Source: Antedon mediterranea
Lineage: Eukaryota; Animalia; Echinodermata
Assembly (NCBI RefSeq): GCF_964355755.1
Contig: NC_092672.1
Span: 9,672,001-9,736,000, forward strand
DNA length: 64,000 nt
Direction: 5' to 3'
Of the stretch, positions 60,900 to 64,000 are shown piece by piece. The position numbers and the translations under genes are program-made. The first letter of the stretch is position 1, and the number at the start of each line of letters is the position of its first letter. The notes below the pieces were generated by a model, which worked only from the letters and a program-made list of their open reading frames with translations, made no database searches and had not been told where the DNA came from.

Positions 60900-61155
60900 A
60901 GTAAGTACGGCACACAAGTTCAACGCTAAAAATAGAATCAATCGAACCCGTACACAGACGTTTGAGAAAATCAACTCAAGGCCAGCTCGAACTCTTGTCC
61001 AATGAAAAATAAGCCTGATGCCAGGGCAATGCTTTCCTGAATTATCTATCTTCCAGCTAGTTCCCTTTCGTTTGCATTAATGAATAATTTTTAAACGAAG
61101 AAGGTGAAGAGGCAAAATTGGGATGTACCGTGCAGTTCGATAAGATGAACGGAAC

Positions 61156-61164
61156 AGCCAATCA
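61156..61164. promoter_or_regulatory. CCAAT box upstream of the EMI-collagen gene
   Basis: AGCCAATCA about 260 bp upstream of ATG 60899. Confidence 0.3.
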
Positions 61165-62521
61165 CGGGCAATGGATCTCATCACCTGACAATATATTAAT
61201 GATATATGAATTTAAATGACGTTTGACACATTCACGTATATCACTGATTCACGTATCACTGAAGCATCTGATCTATACAAAGCCTATACCCAATATTCTC
61301 CCTCTAAAACGTGTGGTGGCTGTCAAGTAAACAAATGCAAATTACCCTATTGAAATGGGGAAAAAATTTAAGCTGTAACAGTCCAAAATAATTATGTTGA
61401 TATCAATAATAACCCACACATACTATTTATGAACATATTAGTTCAATTTCCAATATTATTATTTCTAAATTTTAAAATAAAAATTACCAGTAGAGGCTTT
61501 TATTTTAATTCATTTTTTTCTTAATTATACAATTTAATCTGGAAACCTTTTTTATTTATCATAGTTAGTAAATCAGGATAGACCTAAATATTAAATATGA
61601 ATTATGAATCAGTAAAAAATATAAAAATATTGATATTAGTTTAATATTATAATGTTTGGTTCCCACTATAGAGACGAAACGCAAGGTAGCCACAACGTAA
61701 ATGATTTGACCAATCACAAGCTATGGATTATTCAAACTGTCGCTTGTCATTGGTAAACTCACTTGCTATGCGTCTACGTTCAAACTTAATCACAGAACAT
61801 AATTTGCATTCTGCATGGGCAACTTCTTTTGTTTTCTTGATGGTCTGACAAACACGATTCTAACAACAACTTTGGCTAACAGCGACGGCAATGGATGGTG
61901 AATAAATATTAGCATTCCTTCAGCATTGACAAACGTCAATTTTCTATCATTTCTTTATTCAACAATAATTTAATATACTTTGCCGCCAGATAAACTGACA
62001 AGAGGCATCTGTATACACACCCATTGCTTATTTTACATGGATATCCGTGTGTTATCATAACGCTTTCGATACGCCATTGCCTTGGGCGACTTGTGGAGAA
62101 TAAGGAGATTATTACTAATACTATATTACAAGTCATTAAATATATATTTTGAGAGAGAGTGCTTGCTATGTGCTGTGTGATGATTAACTATTAAATAATG
62201 TACTGATTCGTATCATGTTACGATGACAAGCTTTAAGTAGGCCTACATCATACACATCATATTTTAGCCTAGTAACGATGTCTATATCCTTATATCGTCG
62301 CATTCCAGCTGTTTATTCAAACCGAATAATATATTTTATACTTTTCTTTGAAATAATTACATTTTTTTCGTACATATATTTTCTATTTATGTTCTATCCC
62401 GCCGATAGAACTAGTTACTATGCATAATATCATTCATATCAGAAATGTTAAGTAGCCTCCTGTATGGAATTTTAGTAACAGTAAATTGTTATACACTATG
62501 AAGTAACATACACATTTTAGC

Positions 62522-62740
62522 TTAGTTGTGATAACCAATGACACGGCTCGGCTTCATTCTAAAAAAGGCATTTTGGAACACAATGGCTTGTTCATTACTA
62601 AACTTTATATTGAAAATCCTAAACGGGCGATCGCTTGCTGCTGCTGGCGGTGCTACGTAAAAAGTCATATCCAGATTTAGTTGTTCAGAAAAAAATCCCT
62701 CAAAGGGGGCAGCAAACACATTCACCGACTTTTGATCTTC
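62522..62740 (-). CDS. Possible terminal exon of an unidentified neighbouring gene
   Basis: Pyrimidine-rich acceptor ttcttacacag|EDQKSVNVFAAPFEGFF...VIGYHN*; 72 sense codons. No upstream exon found and no family recognised. Confidence 0.25.
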   Translation of the reverse strand, partial: EDQKSVNVFAAPFEGFFSEQLNLDMTFYVAPPAAASDRPFRIFNIKFSNEQAIVFQNAFFRMKPSRVIGYHN

Positions 62741-64000
62741 CTGTGTAAGAATAAATAAACAAGAATATTTCTTACAAAAAACGCTGCTCACTTATTGTTA
62801 TTGCTAAGGTCAAGTCTGGGGGTCACTTCATCAAGCCTAGATACTTCAAGTATCCTATTACAAACAAAAACTTCAATGAACTGTTTTGATAATAATTAAA
62901 TGATTATCTCACAGTGAATTATAGTAATATCATGGGACTCATAAATACCAGAAATGCTTTGGGATTTGTCATTAGACTCTTTTTCCAGCCGTTTTTTTGG
63001 ATTCAACATGTGGTAGGCCTACCTATAAATTATAGTCGAGTTTCCATTTTAACAAAAATGTCAAAGTGTAGTACTATACTGCTGCTTGATTTCATCTAAT
63101 GAATGAGTCATCTCGTGTGACGTAGCGGGCTAGAGCAGCAGCGTGAAAATATAATAAAGATCACCTACTGTAAACAGACTGAAACTGAGAATGCAAAGTT
63201 AGCTACCTCTGTGAAGTAACTTTTTCAGTTTAGTTTTTTGTGCTGTCTGGATGAAATTAATAGAAAGCCCAAAATGAAACGAACCCTTTCTCCCGTTATG
63301 TCAAACAATGTATAAATTGCTACATGTGTATTTCGCTTGTATTTGCTTCCATTCCTTTATTTTCAGCAATGTTACGAATTGCCCATATATTTTTTTGTGA
63401 TCTTGATGTCAATTAAATTTAATTTTTCGTTGAAATTTCGTTGAAAATTGAACAATCTAAATATGTTTCAATTGCCGCATTTTCCATTCAAACTACAGCA
63501 GACGATTAAAGGAAACAGTTTACTCAGTTAAAGTGTAATTGGTGAGTATGATCAAACTGGCACTTCTGTACGGCCATAAACCTACGTGATTTTAAATCGC
63601 GGAAAACACACATATTATGCCACCAATAATACTTTTTGTTGAAAACGGACTGGAGATTAATTACAACGATGTATCAACCATGTAGGCTATTCTGAATCTT
63701 GCAAGTTGCCAAGTTTTCATTTCGTTTATCGATTTAAAAAATGCTTTAAAAAACTACAGATATGACAAAAACATATACAGAAACATATACAAGAACCAAA
63801 CTTGAGAAATACGAAACTAAGTGGAATGACTTTTGGTAGGCGTGTCTTTCCTGGTACACATCATTTACACTGCAAGCGCTCTAGAATCTACTTATCAAAG
63901 ACAAAAGGTAAGTTATATCATGTTTCAACGGTTTTTTTTTTATTCTTAATAGATTAAGATTAATTAATAATAAAGATAATGAAATTACACATAATATTTT

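Overview
AT-rich animal genomic DNA with spliceosomal GT-AG introns; not prokaryotic, and no CRISPR or rRNA. A marine invertebrate, possibly an echinoderm, is my inference from the repeat content. Two convergent multi-exon genes, largely missed by the ORF track, were assembled by hand from splice sites and intron phases. (1) Plus strand 2646-43494: 52 exons, 8070 nt, about 2689 aa. It encodes a type I membrane protein: signal peptide, EGF, 2 LDLa, 2 Sushi, 2 cbEGF, NIDO-AMOP-VWD (with GDPH), a cadherin/Ig-like module, a long cbEGF array, 2 SEA domains (the second with G/SIIA), 4 EGF, TM and a tail ending FYF. This is a MUC4-like core with SEA modules and no PTS mucin domain. (2) Minus strand 60899-45662: 8 exons, about 358 aa, a secreted EMI-domain/coiled-coil/collagen protein of the EMID1/COL26A1 type. 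Non-coding DNA holds a young deleted Gypsy-type LTR element, a Penelope GIY-YIG fragment, nested and foldback DNA elements, two hairpin-ended 9-bp-TSD elements, tRNA-derived SINEs, LINE 3' ends, minisatellites and a strong excess of the palindrome TAGGCCTA. All coordinates were read by eye.
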